A stretch of DNA of 33,120 nt from a virus (IMGVR_UViG_3300032373_000075:1-33120); one strand, 5' to 3'; positions 1 through 7,213 are shown, numbered from the stretch's first letter. Made by a program: numbers and translations. The notes: generated by a model not told the origin, from the sequence alone.

Positions 1-3
1 TGA

Positions 4-1482
4 CGAGAGCCACCTGGTACCAAAGAGCAACGTGAGTATGCGTCTACAGTTTTAAAGTTCACTGATGACCTGCCAAAGATTGATCAAAGACATTGGCATG
101 AAATAGTTTCTGACATTATGCGGTGGAGTAAAGCCGATTTTAAAGACATACTAATTGACCTTCGAAAAACTTGGTACGGTGAGAAAATAAGTAAAGCAGA
201 CTTTTACGATGATGTAGTTTTTGTTAAAGAATTGAACCAGTTCTATGATTGGAAGTCGCGAATATTTTTCAGCACTGAAGCGTTTCAAAATAGTTTTAGT
301 CATGAAGATGCTGAAGCACGGAAAATTGCATTGCAAGATGGTCGAGTGCAGAAAGTTGACCGACTCGATTATGCACCAAAACAACCCCGAATATTCGTCG
401 AAAAAGGATGCAGGTTCGCTAACACATGGGACGACGCTACTCAATCAGTTGGTGTACATGGTGATGCACAGAGATGGACACAGCATTTTGATGCCATCGG
501 GTGGTCTGAACATCGCGACCATATTGAAAAATGGATGGCGTTCACATTGAGATATCCAGAACGTAAAATTAATCACATGTTACTACTAGGTAGTGGTGAG
601 GGTTGTGGTAAAGATTTTCTACTTTATCCATTGATCAAAGCAATGGGTGAGAATCATGAAGTTATCAGTGGTGAAGATCTGCTTAGTAGTTTTAATGACT
701 ATGTGTTGTCCACCAAATACCTGCATGTTAATGAGGCTGAGTTAGGTGACAGGCGTGAAGCACTTGCAGTCAGTAACAAACTCAAGCCTTTGGCAGCAGC
801 ACCGCCTGACACTCTTCGAGTCAATCAAAAAGGAATCAAACCGATTAAAATTCGAAACATTGTTAATGCGTCAATGACTACAAATAGCGTGATGCCATTG
901 CGGTTGAACGGAGCTTCACGGCGATTTTATGCTATTTGGTCAGAGCTTAACCCTCGTGATAAAAATGACAATATGAAAAAAGAATGGCTCGATTACTGGG
1001 AAGATCGGTGGAACTGGATGAAAGGTGGCGGCTGGCAATATGTTGTGTGGCACTTAATGAATGTGGTTGATTTAACTAATTTTAATCCGAGTGAAGCGCC
1101 ACCCATGACTGAATTTTTACGAGAAATAAAAGAGTCATCAAAGTCACCAATGCAACAAACATTAGAACAATTCATCAAAAAACAACATGGTGCGTTCCGG
1201 TGTAACGTTCTCACCAGTAATGATATGGGCGAAACATTGAGGGCTGGCGCAATGACACCGGCTGATATGATGACTGATCCTAAGTTCTTCACTGATAAAA
1301 AAATTGGAATGATACTTAAGGAAATTGGTACTTATAAACAAGTGCGATGTAGCGACGCGAGACTGTGGGTTATTCGTGACGAAGAGAAATATGCTCACAT
1401 GACTTCAACAGCCTTGTATCATGAGTATGAGCGTCAAATGAAAGAGGCTCGTGGTCATAGTAGTTTAACAGTAGTAAGATAA
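4..1482 (+). CDS. Phage primase-helicase, C-terminal SF3/D5-like NTPase part (DUF5906-like); probably 5'-truncated by the window edge
   Basis: Walker A LLLGSGEGCGKD preceded by 'ERKINH', Walker B-like LHVNEA, 'VNQKG', 'TTNS' and 'SRRFY' motifs typical of phage primase-helicases. The frame is open from position 4, upstream of the listed ATG at 118; the TGA at 1-3 lies at the very edge. Confidence 0.88.
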   Translation, partial: REPPGTKEQREYASTVLKFTDDLPKIDQRHWHEIVSDIMRWSKADFKDILIDLRKTWYGEKISKADFYDDVVFVKELNQFYDWKSRIFFSTEAFQNSFSHEDAEARKIALQDGRVQKVDRLDYAPKQPRIFVEKGCRFANTWDDATQSVGVHGDAQRWTQHFDAIGWSEHRDHIEKWMAFTLRYPERKINHMLLLGSGEGCGKDFLLYPLIKAMGENHEVISGEDLLSSFNDYVLSTKYLHVNEAELGDRREALAVSNKLKPLAAAPPDTLRVNQKGIKPIKIRNIVNASMTTNSVMPLRLNGASRRFYAIWSELNPRDKNDNMKKEWLDYWEDRWNWMKGGGWQYVVWHLMNVVDLTNFNPSEAPPMTEFLREIKESSKSPMQQTLEQFIKKQHGAFRCNVLTSNDMGETLRAGAMTPADMMTDPKFFTDKKIGMILKEIGTYKQVRCSDARLWVIRDEEKYAHMTSTALYHEYERQMKEARGHSSLTVVR

Positions 1483-1485
1483 TAT

Positions 1486-1514
1486 TTGACAGTTGTGGGA
1501 CTTTGTGCCACAAT
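1486..1514 (+). promoter_or_regulatory. Sigma70-type promoter with overlapping inverted repeat (possible operator)
   Basis: TTGACA (1486-1491), 17-bp spacer, TG-c-CACAAT (-10 at 1509-1514); TTGTGG (1493-1498) and CCACAA (1508-1513) are inverted repeats. Lies between the primase stop and the accessory gene block. Confidence 0.65.
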
Positions 1515-1545
1515 ACAATCACTGACTATATGAAGGTGACTAGAA

Positions 1546-2271
1546 ATGAAAACTGAAAGATACACATTAAGTGATAGAAAACACGAAACATTAGAATTGT
1601 ATTTAATCTTGAACAGAGGTATTGAAACAAACGCTTTTGCTAGTGTTGACGTTACTTTTTCTGACAAATGTGAAATATCTGGTGGCATCTTTCGCGGTGG
1701 CGAGTTTCACGGTGGCGAGTTTCACGGTGGCGAGTTTCGCGATGGCATCTTTCGCGGTGGCTACTTTCACGGTGGCGAGTTTCACGGTGGCGAGTTTCAC
1801 GGTGGCGAGTTTCACGGTGGCGAGTTTCGCGATGGCATCTTTCGCGATGGCATCTTTCGCGGTGGCTACTTTCGCGGTGGCTACTTTCACGGTGGCATCT
1901 TTCGCGGTGGCGAGTTTCACGGTGGCATCTTTCGCGGTGGCGAGTTTCACGGTGGCTACTTTCACGGTGGCTACTTTCACGGTGGCTACTTTCGCGGCGG
2001 CGAGTTTCACGGTGGCTACTTTCACGGTGGCTACTTTCGCGGCGGCTACTTACCCACACAAATACAAGGTAGTATGCATTTTGTAAATTCACCTGATGGA
2101 ATAAATATTAAAATAGGATGCATAGAAAATACACCCATCTGGTGGAAAGAAAACAGTGACCGAGTCGGAAAAATAGAAAAGTACACTTACGATCAAATTA
2201 AAGAGTACAAATCATACGTGGATTTATTTTCTAAATTAATTAAAGGTGACTCAGATGATGTTAAACCTTGA
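1546..2271 (+). CDS. Five-residue-repeat protein, (G/D)G(E/Y/I)F(H/R) x24, probable beta-solenoid
   Basis: RBS AAGGTG; non-repetitive N- and C-termini; C-terminal 'IKIGC...WW' resembles the C-terminal domain of phage pentapeptide/hexapeptide-repeat proteins. Confidence 0.8.
   Translation: MKTERYTLSDRKHETLELYLILNRGIETNAFASVDVTFSDKCEISGGIFRGGEFHGGEFHGGEFRDGIFRGGYFHGGEFHGGEFHGGEFHGGEFRDGIFRDGIFRGGYFRGGYFHGGIFRGGEFHGGIFRGGEFHGGYFHGGYFHGGYFRGGEFHGGYFHGGYFRGGYLPTQIQGSMHFVNSPDGINIKIGCIENTPIWWKENSDRVGKIEKYTYDQIKEYKSYVDLFSKLIKGDSDDVKP
1681..2049 (+). repeat. Coding 15-bp tandem repeat, 24 full units plus a partial
   Basis: Unit G(G/A)TGGC(GAG/TAC/ATC)TTT(CAC/CGC), 1681-2040, then GGCGGCTAC. Confidence 0.97.
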
Positions 2272-2305
2272 AATTGATAAACTAGACTATGATTCAAAGG
2301 GGTAG

Positions 2306-2488
2306 ATGATGAATATTGTAATAAAAAATGCTACAAAATTAGTGATAGACGGATCAGCAAGCAATTCATCTATTGATGAGATATTGGCTAATGACTGTTT
2401 AGAGGTTTTTATTAATCATGAAAAAGATGAAAATATAAAAACTATAAAGGAAGATACCAATGAAACACGAATACATCAAGGCAACTAA
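2306..2488 (+). CDS. Hypothetical protein (60 aa)
   Basis: ORF with AAAGGGG upstream; also in frame with a 16-codon ORF from 2255, separated only by one TAG. Confidence 0.5.
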   Translation: MMNIVIKNATKLVIDGSASNSSIDEILANDCLEVFINHEKDENIKTIKEDTNETRIHQGN

Positions 2489-2561
2489 AAGCCAGATAGT
2501 TTTAAGGGTTGCGTTTTTAGTTTTTATAATAGCGTGGACAATTTACGAGGTGATGGCATGA
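2460..2561 (+). CDS. Small single-TM protein (33 aa, MKHEYIKATKSQIVLRVAFLVFIIAWTIYEVMA)
   Basis: RBS AAGGAAG; hydrophobic stretch; ATGA overlap with the next gene. Not in the ORF track. Confidence 0.6.
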   Translation: MKHEYIKATKSQIVLRVAFLVFIIAWTIYEVMA

Positions 2562-2764
2562 GCACAATGTGGAAAGTAACAAATACTGGTATTTACGAAA
2601 AGATTGTTATTAGGATTGCTGGAAAAGCTGTTTTTTATATGCAGACTAATAAAGTCCGTGGGGGAATTCGACAGCAAAAAGAGCATCTTCACACCAATTT
2701 CCATGACTGGTGCTACACGCAAAGCCAAGCTAATACAGTTTATAGTGCGAGGAAGGGTAAATGA
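2558..2764 (+). CDS. Hypothetical protein (starts MSTMWKV)
   Basis: RBS GAGGTG; ATGA overlaps at both ends. Confidence 0.65.
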   Translation: MSTMWKVTNTGIYEKIVIRIAGKAVFYMQTNKVRGGIRQQKEHLHTNFHDWCYTQSQANTVYSARKGK

Positions 2765-2934
2765 AATCAAGTATTTTAAGCTTATTGTTAGCGTCATCAC
2801 TAAATCATCACGCTAGACGTATGGGAGTTTATAACCAAAGCTCTGTTAATAGCAATCACCAGTTAAGAGCAAAAAACGGAACTAGACCAATGTTTAAGCA
2901 AAATAAACGAGCGCAAATGAGGGCTAACCGATGA
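2761..2934 (+). CDS. Small basic hypothetical protein (57 aa, MKSSILSLLLASSL...)
   Basis: RBS GAGGAAGG; ATGA overlaps at both ends. Not in the ORF track. Confidence 0.6.
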   Translation: MKSSILSLLLASSLNHHARRMGVYNQSSVNSNHQLRAKNGTRPMFKQNKRAQMRANR

Positions 2935-3155
2935 ACTTACAAAACTTAAAATTTCAATCTGAAAGGCTATCTAAACTCATAAGTCTAAAAAAAGGCAGAA
3001 TTCCAAGATTAACAGCTAATGATCAGGTCGTGGCTCAGAGAATATTGAACACTATCGACTCAATCGAGCAAATAGTCAAGTCCGAAGAAAAAGCAATTGG
3101 TGAGCAAAATAGGCGGGTTGGTGATGCAAGGCTTTTAAAGGCTCAAGCATCATGA
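2931..3155 (+). CDS. Hypothetical protein (74 aa)
   Basis: RBS GAGG; ATGA-coupled at both ends. Confidence 0.65.
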   Translation: MNLQNLKFQSERLSKLISLKKGRIPRLTANDQVVAQRILNTIDSIEQIVKSEEKAIGEQNRRVGDARLLKAQAS

Positions 3156-3310
3156 TTAACTGGAAGCTAATTAAACGCTGTTCGTTCTGTTCACTATCGG
3201 CATTAGTTATAGCATCGATTATCATTAAGTACATATCGATAATAATAACAATCGTTTTTTCAATGTGGGTGCTAAGTGCGGCTTTAGATAATTACGAGGA
3301 AAACAAATGA
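3152..3310 (+). CDS. Small membrane protein (52 aa, MINWKLIKRCSFCSLSALVIASIII...)
   Basis: ATGA-coupled at both ends; long hydrophobic segment. Not in the ORF track. Confidence 0.55.
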   Translation: MINWKLIKRCSFCSLSALVIASIIIKYISIIITIVFSMWVLSAALDNYEENK

Positions 3311-3481
3311 CCACCAAAGCCGAGAAATGGGCTGTATGCGATTATGACGTGCTAAGCAACGATTGCACATAACATTCAAGAACGGCGATAGGGTGTGTGA
3401 TTTAGGCTGCATGATGCAGTATGAGGTGAATAGGAAGTACGTAACGAATTCGCGGGCAAACGAAACAACTCGCGAACCACT

Positions 3482-3521
3482 GGCAGCGCCTTCCACTCCT
3501 TGGTGAGGTGCTGTCCTTTTT
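3482..3521 (+). terminator. Rho-independent terminator candidate
   Basis: GGCAGCGCCT (3482-3491) pairs with AGGTGCTGTC (3506-3515, two G-U pairs), followed by CTTTTT. Confidence 0.6.
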
Positions 3522-3524
3522 AGA

Positions 3525-3611
3525 GTGATTATAGGGGTTGGAATTTGTGAGGTACATCCTTTAAACCAAGCCGATCTGAGTTCGGAGGCAAGTTTTAACC
3601 ACCTATAACCA
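3525..3611 (+). ncRNA. Putative structured small RNA with a CCA 3' end
   Basis: TTATAGGGGTTGGAATTTG (3529-3547) pairs with CAAGTTTTAACCACCTATAA (3589-3608) with one bulge, enclosing hairpins GAGG-TACAT-CCTT and CCGA-TCTGAGT-TCGG; CCA at 3609-3611. Confidence 0.5.
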
Positions 3612-3634
3612 TTTAACTAACAAAGGAGGATAGA

Positions 3635-3889
3635 GTGAATATTGAAAGCATAAAGGAGTTTATAGCTACAACAAAAAAGTCATCTCATATTGCTAACAGT
3701 GATATTTCATGGGAGCTAAAGCACAGCCTAATTTTTAGCAATGACATTAGTGAAAAGATACACAAATTAGGAGTTGATTTTGATTATTATGATCCGGATG
3801 CATCTTATCAAGAAGATACTGAAGCTTTCATTTATGCAATACAATTAAAATCTGACGATTTAAAGCTAGCAGTTGAAGCGTTATGTTAG
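3635..3889 (+). CDS. Hypothetical phage protein (DYYDPD motif)
   Basis: Strong RBS AAGGAGG before GTG; overlaps the next gene. Confidence 0.75.
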   Translation: MNIESIKEFIATTKKSSHIANSDISWELKHSLIFSNDISEKIHKLGVDFDYYDPDASYQEDTEAFIYAIQLKSDDLKLAVEALC

Positions 3890-4722
3890 AAATGATCGCA
3901 CTGTCGGGAGGTGAGAGCAGTACCTACATGGCTATCAAAGTAAAAGAAAAAAAACCTGATGCTATTTGTGTTTTCGCCAATACAAGCCAAGAAAATGAAG
4001 AAACGTTAGACTTTGTTAATTATGCAGATAAAGAATATGGTTTGAATGTTGCGTGGATTGAGGCGGTGACTCACCTAGGCATTAGAAAAGGCTGTACTCA
4101 TAAAATAACCAGCTATTCAGAGGCTTGTAGAGATGGCTCGGTTTTTCTTGACATGTGTAAAGAGTATGGAGTACCAAACAAGCACTTTATACACTGTACT
4201 AGAGAGTTAAAGGACAATCCTATTAAATCATATTTAAGAGATAATTTTGGGAGATGGAAAAACGTTAGAAGAAATATCGGCATTAGAATTGATGAAATAG
4301 ATCGAATATCGCCAACTTACAAAGAAAATAATATATGGTATCCGCTCGCGTTTGACTATCCGACAACAAAAATAGAAATCAATGATTTTTGGAGAAATCA
4401 GCCGCGTAGACTTAATTTAAAGCAATACCAGGGAAATTGTAAATGGTGCTACAAAAAAACACTTAGAAAACACTTAACTATGGTTGTCGAAACACCGGAA
4501 TATTATGACTTTCCAAGAAAATTAGAAATAGAATGTTCTCACATAAAACCAAAAGAGGGTGAGGATAAGCGCAATATATTTAGAGGTGAAAGAACGGTTG
4601 ACGATCTTTTTAAGCTGTCACTTGAACCGTTTGATCCTTTTCACGATGAAGCAAGGGTTTATTCTGACGGCTTTCTTGACGAGACTGATGGATGTAATGA
4701 GTCATGCGAACCGTTCCAATAA
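3883..4722 (+). CDS. PAPS reductase / PP-loop ATPase family protein with conserved cysteines
   Basis: PP-loop ALSGGESS, FANTSQE, CTRELK, IGIRIDE, YPL, GNCKWCYKK and C-terminal CNESC: typical of the phage PAPS-reductase-like family. Confidence 0.88.
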   Translation: MLEMIALSGGESSTYMAIKVKEKKPDAICVFANTSQENEETLDFVNYADKEYGLNVAWIEAVTHLGIRKGCTHKITSYSEACRDGSVFLDMCKEYGVPNKHFIHCTRELKDNPIKSYLRDNFGRWKNVRRNIGIRIDEIDRISPTYKENNIWYPLAFDYPTTKIEINDFWRNQPRRLNLKQYQGNCKWCYKKTLRKHLTMVVETPEYYDFPRKLEIECSHIKPKEGEDKRNIFRGERTVDDLFKLSLEPFDPFHDEARVYSDGFLDETDGCNESCEPFQ

Positions 4723-4747
4723 TTTAACCAACAAAGGATAAGATAAA

Positions 4748-4972
4748 ATGATTACTTTAACTACATTCAAAAGCATATCTATTCGAGCTAGGATCATGGG
4801 TGCTATGCGACGAGCTAAAGTTCGTAAACGTCCACAGGTAATATTGAACAGGAAGGGTGGCGGCTTTTTAACTGTGGTGAGGGTACCAGGCAACGTGTTT
4901 CGTTGTTTCCAGTTTATAACTACTAAAGGTATCGATGTCACTGAAACAGTTTATGCGGGGTTAAAAGTATGA
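4748..4972 (+). CDS. Small basic hypothetical protein (74 aa)
   Basis: RBS AAGGA; ATGA overlap with the next ORF. Confidence 0.7.
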   Translation: MITLTTFKSISIRARIMGAMRRAKVRKRPQVILNRKGGGFLTVVRVPGNVFRCFQFITTKGIDVTETVYAGLKV

Positions 4973-5106
4973 AAACCACATTGTTCACAATACTATTTTA
5001 CTTAGGGTGTGCTAGGGAGTTGGAAATATACAATTTGCAACCAGTACATGTGTCAAAGCATTACAACACTAAATTGAAATTCAAAAAAATGAGGTTACAC
5101 CAATGA
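4969..5106 (+). CDS. Small protein with signal/lipobox-like N-terminus (45 aa, MKTTLFTILFYLGCARE...MRLHQ)
   Basis: ATGA overlaps at both ends; K plus short hydrophobic stretch ending LGC. Not in the ORF track. Confidence 0.5.
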   Translation: MKTTLFTILFYLGCARELEIYNLQPVHVSKHYNTKLKFKKMRLHQ

Positions 5107-6032
5107 TAACAACTCTTAATAAAATACTAGAAAATAATCCGTGTAAATCAGGATGGAATAAACTTCTGCAAAGCCTTAACAAAACAAGTGCTGACGATGA
5201 AGATCTAAGTTTAATTTACATATTGAAATCAAATGGGATTGATGATGCACTATGGGCTTTGCGGTGTTTTGATTATCTAGATTATTGTTTATTTTTGGCT
5301 GATGTTGCAGAAAGTGTTTTGCATATCTACGAAGAAAGTAATGATAATAAAGCACCACGGAATGTAATTTTAGCAATAAGGGATTATAAGTCTGGCAGAA
5401 TAACGAAAGATGAGTTAAAAATCGCTGCTGCTGATGCTGCTGATGCTGCTGCTGCTGCTTATGCTGCTGCTGCTGCTGCTTATGCTGCTGCTGATGCTGC
5501 TGTGGCTGCTGCTGATGCTGCTGATGCTGCTGATGCTGCTGCTGCTGATGCTGCTGATGCTGCTGTGGCTGCTGCTGCTGATGCTGCTGATGCTGCTGTG
5601 GCTGTGGGTGCTAGAAAGAAAAAATGGAATGAAATAGAGGAATTATTTATAAAACATTTTGACACGAGGTTACACCATAGTGTGAACTATTTCTCAGAAG
5701 ACGAACTGAAATGTCCTCACTGTGACGAGTATCATTTCAACAGTGGCACACTCGCCCGGTTGAATGCTTTACGAGTGGATCGTGGTAAACCTATTATCGT
5801 GACGTCTGGTTATCGATGTAAAGAGTACAACATTTTGAAAGGGTTCACTCAGACACATGCTAGTGGTCAATCGGTTGATGTGTTGTGTGACCGTGGTGAA
5901 GCTTACGAAATACTAAAACTTGCATTTAAACATGGGTTCACTGGTATTGGTGTCAAGCAGAAAGGCGAAGGGCGGATCATTCACTTGGACGATTTGACTG
6001 AAGGTCTACGTCCCACAATTTGGAGTTATTAA
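5103..6032 (+). CDS. In-frame fusion of an Ala-repeat phage protein and an M15-family Zn peptidase (endolysin)
   Basis: N-part 'PCKSGWNKLL...ILKSNGIDDALWALR' plus Ala-rich tract; C-part SGYRC, HASGQSVD (H-x6-D) and IHLD metal-binding motifs of peptidase M15. Confidence 0.8.
   Translation: MITTLNKILENNPCKSGWNKLLQSLNKTSADDEDLSLIYILKSNGIDDALWALRCFDYLDYCLFLADVAESVLHIYEESNDNKAPRNVILAIRDYKSGRITKDELKIAAADAADAAAAAYAAAAAAYAAADAAVAAADAADAADAAAADAADAAVAAAADAADAAVAVGARKKKWNEIEELFIKHFDTRLHHSVNYFSEDELKCPHCDEYHFNSGTLARLNALRVDRGKPIIVTSGYRCKEYNILKGFTQTHASGQSVDVLCDRGEAYEILKLAFKHGFTGIGVKQKGEGRIIHLDDLTEGLRPTIWSY
5424..5612 (+). repeat. Coding (GCT)n low-complexity tract (poly-Ala interrupted by Asp/Tyr/Val)
   Basis: GCT runs interrupted by GAT, TAT, GTG. 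Confidence 0.95.
5682..6032 (+). CDS. Peptidase M15 endolysin, probable independent internal start (GTG; MNYFSEDELKCPHC...)
   Basis: GAGGT at 5666-5670 precedes GTG 5682; 'YFSEDELKC..C' is the usual N-terminus of stand-alone M15 phage endolysins. Confidence 0.7.
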   Translation: MNYFSEDELKCPHCDEYHFNSGTLARLNALRVDRGKPIIVTSGYRCKEYNILKGFTQTHASGQSVDVLCDRGEAYEILKLAFKHGFTGIGVKQKGEGRIIHLDDLTEGLRPTIWSY

Positions 6033-6033
6033 A

Positions 6034-6402
6034 GTGCAAATTAAAGAAATCAAACGGATATTTCAATTAGCAGGTAGACCGATCACCAGTAATGGTATTG
6101 ATGATCGGTATCGTGTTGGTGAAGGTGGTAAGCACTGGTCACTGGAAGCATTGGAGCGAGAAGCTAACCGAATTGTCAAGCAGTTGAAGAAAGCTGATAG
6201 ACGAGGTGTCACACCGTTACATTGTCTACTTGCTGTTGTTGAAGTGAAAAAGCATTGTAGTCAATACTGTAACAAAATATCTAAGTCAAAATTGTTGTCG
6301 AAAGCTCAGAAAAAAGAACACTATGAACAAGCTTATCGGGAACGTGACGAACGGTTATCCAAAATAAGTGAGATGCAATCGGAGGTGGGTCATGAAATTT
6401 GA
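6034..6402 (+). CDS. Hypothetical protein (122 aa)
   Basis: GTG start right after the endolysin stop; tight gene packing. Confidence 0.7.
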   Translation: MQIKEIKRIFQLAGRPITSNGIDDRYRVGEGGKHWSLEALEREANRIVKQLKKADRRGVTPLHCLLAVVEVKKHCSQYCNKISKSKLLSKAQKKEHYEQAYRERDERLSKISEMQSEVGHEI

Positions 6403-6649
6403 AACTTTATGTAATGCGGTTGCAAAAGTTCGAGGTAATTCTACGGAAACTATACCTGATATTGTTGTCTATGTTACAGGCGAGTTCTTTTGTGATGCTA
6501 TGAGTGAATGTCAGGGTGCTGTAAGTCAATACGTTCTTGATGCTTTTCAAACAGGTATGGTGTTGGGTTACCCTATTTATATAGTCGAAAATAAGTCAGT
6601 AATCAATGGTGATAGACATCATCCTCGATTTCAAGTGTTTGAGCGATGA
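6392..6649 (+). CDS. Hypothetical protein (starts MKFETL)
   Basis: RBS GGAGGT at 6381-6386 favours ATG 6392 over the listed 6368. Confidence 0.72.
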   Translation: MKFETLCNAVAKVRGNSTETIPDIVVYVTGEFFCDAMSECQGAVSQYVLDAFQTGMVLGYPIYIVENKSVINGDRHHPRFQVFER

Positions 6650-6837
6650 GAATAATAACAGATGAGTTTATGACTGAGGATAAAATAGTCAGTAGATCAT
6701 GGGTAGAAAGATTATTTTCATTTACACCGATGGAAAAGACAAAAATTAGTACTGAACCATCAAGGAAGTGTATTGTGTGGGGGGATAAAATAGTTTGTCA
6801 TCCTGCTATGGTTGAAGAGTTTAGACGACTTAAATAA
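6646..6837 (+). CDS. Hypothetical phage protein (RSWVERLFS...CHPA)
   Basis: ATGA overlap with the upstream gene; followed by a terminator. Confidence 0.72.
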   Translation: MRIITDEFMTEDKIVSRSWVERLFSFTPMEKTKISTEPSRKCIVWGDKIVCHPAMVEEFRRLK

Positions 6838-6861
6838 TCTCCGTGGAACATAGTTAAAATC

Positions 6862-6883
6862 AGCCGCTTCTTGCGGCTTTTTT
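6862..6883 (+). terminator. Rho-independent terminator closing the accessory operon
   Basis: AGCCGC-TTCTT-GCGGCT followed by TTTTT. Confidence 0.85.
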
Positions 6884-6902
6884 GTATCTGTGTCTTTGAT
6901 AC

Positions 6903-7213
6903 CAGAGCCATACACATTCGATGACACATCCATCCTTGTAATGTGTCATTGGTTCTGTATAATAATGTGTCATGAGATGTGTATGGCTCTGTGACTGGAA
7001 TTGGTTAAAAAGTGTACAAAAATCCATGACACATGACACATATCCATGACACGTTTTTGAGCAATGTGTCATGAGCTTAAGCCGCATGGTTGAGCCAAAA
7101 TTACACATCTCATGACACATGACACGTTTTTAGAAAATAGAGATTATATAAATGGACATATACACAAAATCAAAGATACAGTTTTCTAGTAACGTGTCAT
7201 GGATATGTGTCAT
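6903..7213. repeat. Non-coding array of 11 ATGACAC/GTGTCAT heptamers with longer inverted repeats; candidate replication origin or packaging site
   Basis: ATGACAC at 6921, 7026, 7033, 7046, 7112, 7119; GTGTCAT at 6943, 6967, 7066, 7194, 7207; perfect inverted repeats 6903-6917/6977-6991, 6965-6983/7102-7120, 7033-7055/7191-7213. Confidence 0.9.

Noticed and set aside
1603-2092. Alternative-frame ORFs (KVATV, VASFT, RESSH repeats)
   Set aside because: By-products of a stop-free 15-bp repeat; only 1546-2271 has an RBS and unique flanking domains.
1533-2251. AAGGTGACT flanking the repeat gene as an insertion scar
   Set aside because: The same motif is the terL RBS (8340-8348), so it is simply a preferred Shine-Dalgarno context.
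3525-3611. Canonical tRNA
   Set aside because: No GTTCRA T-loop, D-loop or cloverleaf geometry; kept only as a putative ncRNA.
5434-5665. Poly-Leu and reverse poly-Ala/Ser ORFs
   Set aside because: Shadow frames of the GCT tract.
6860-7120. 86-aa minus-strand ORF across the repeat array
   Set aside because: Cys/His/Met-rich composition follows from the ATGACAC repeats; no RBS evident.
1681-7213. CRISPR array in the repeat regions
   Set aside because: No constant repeat separated by unique spacers of uniform length; no cas genes.
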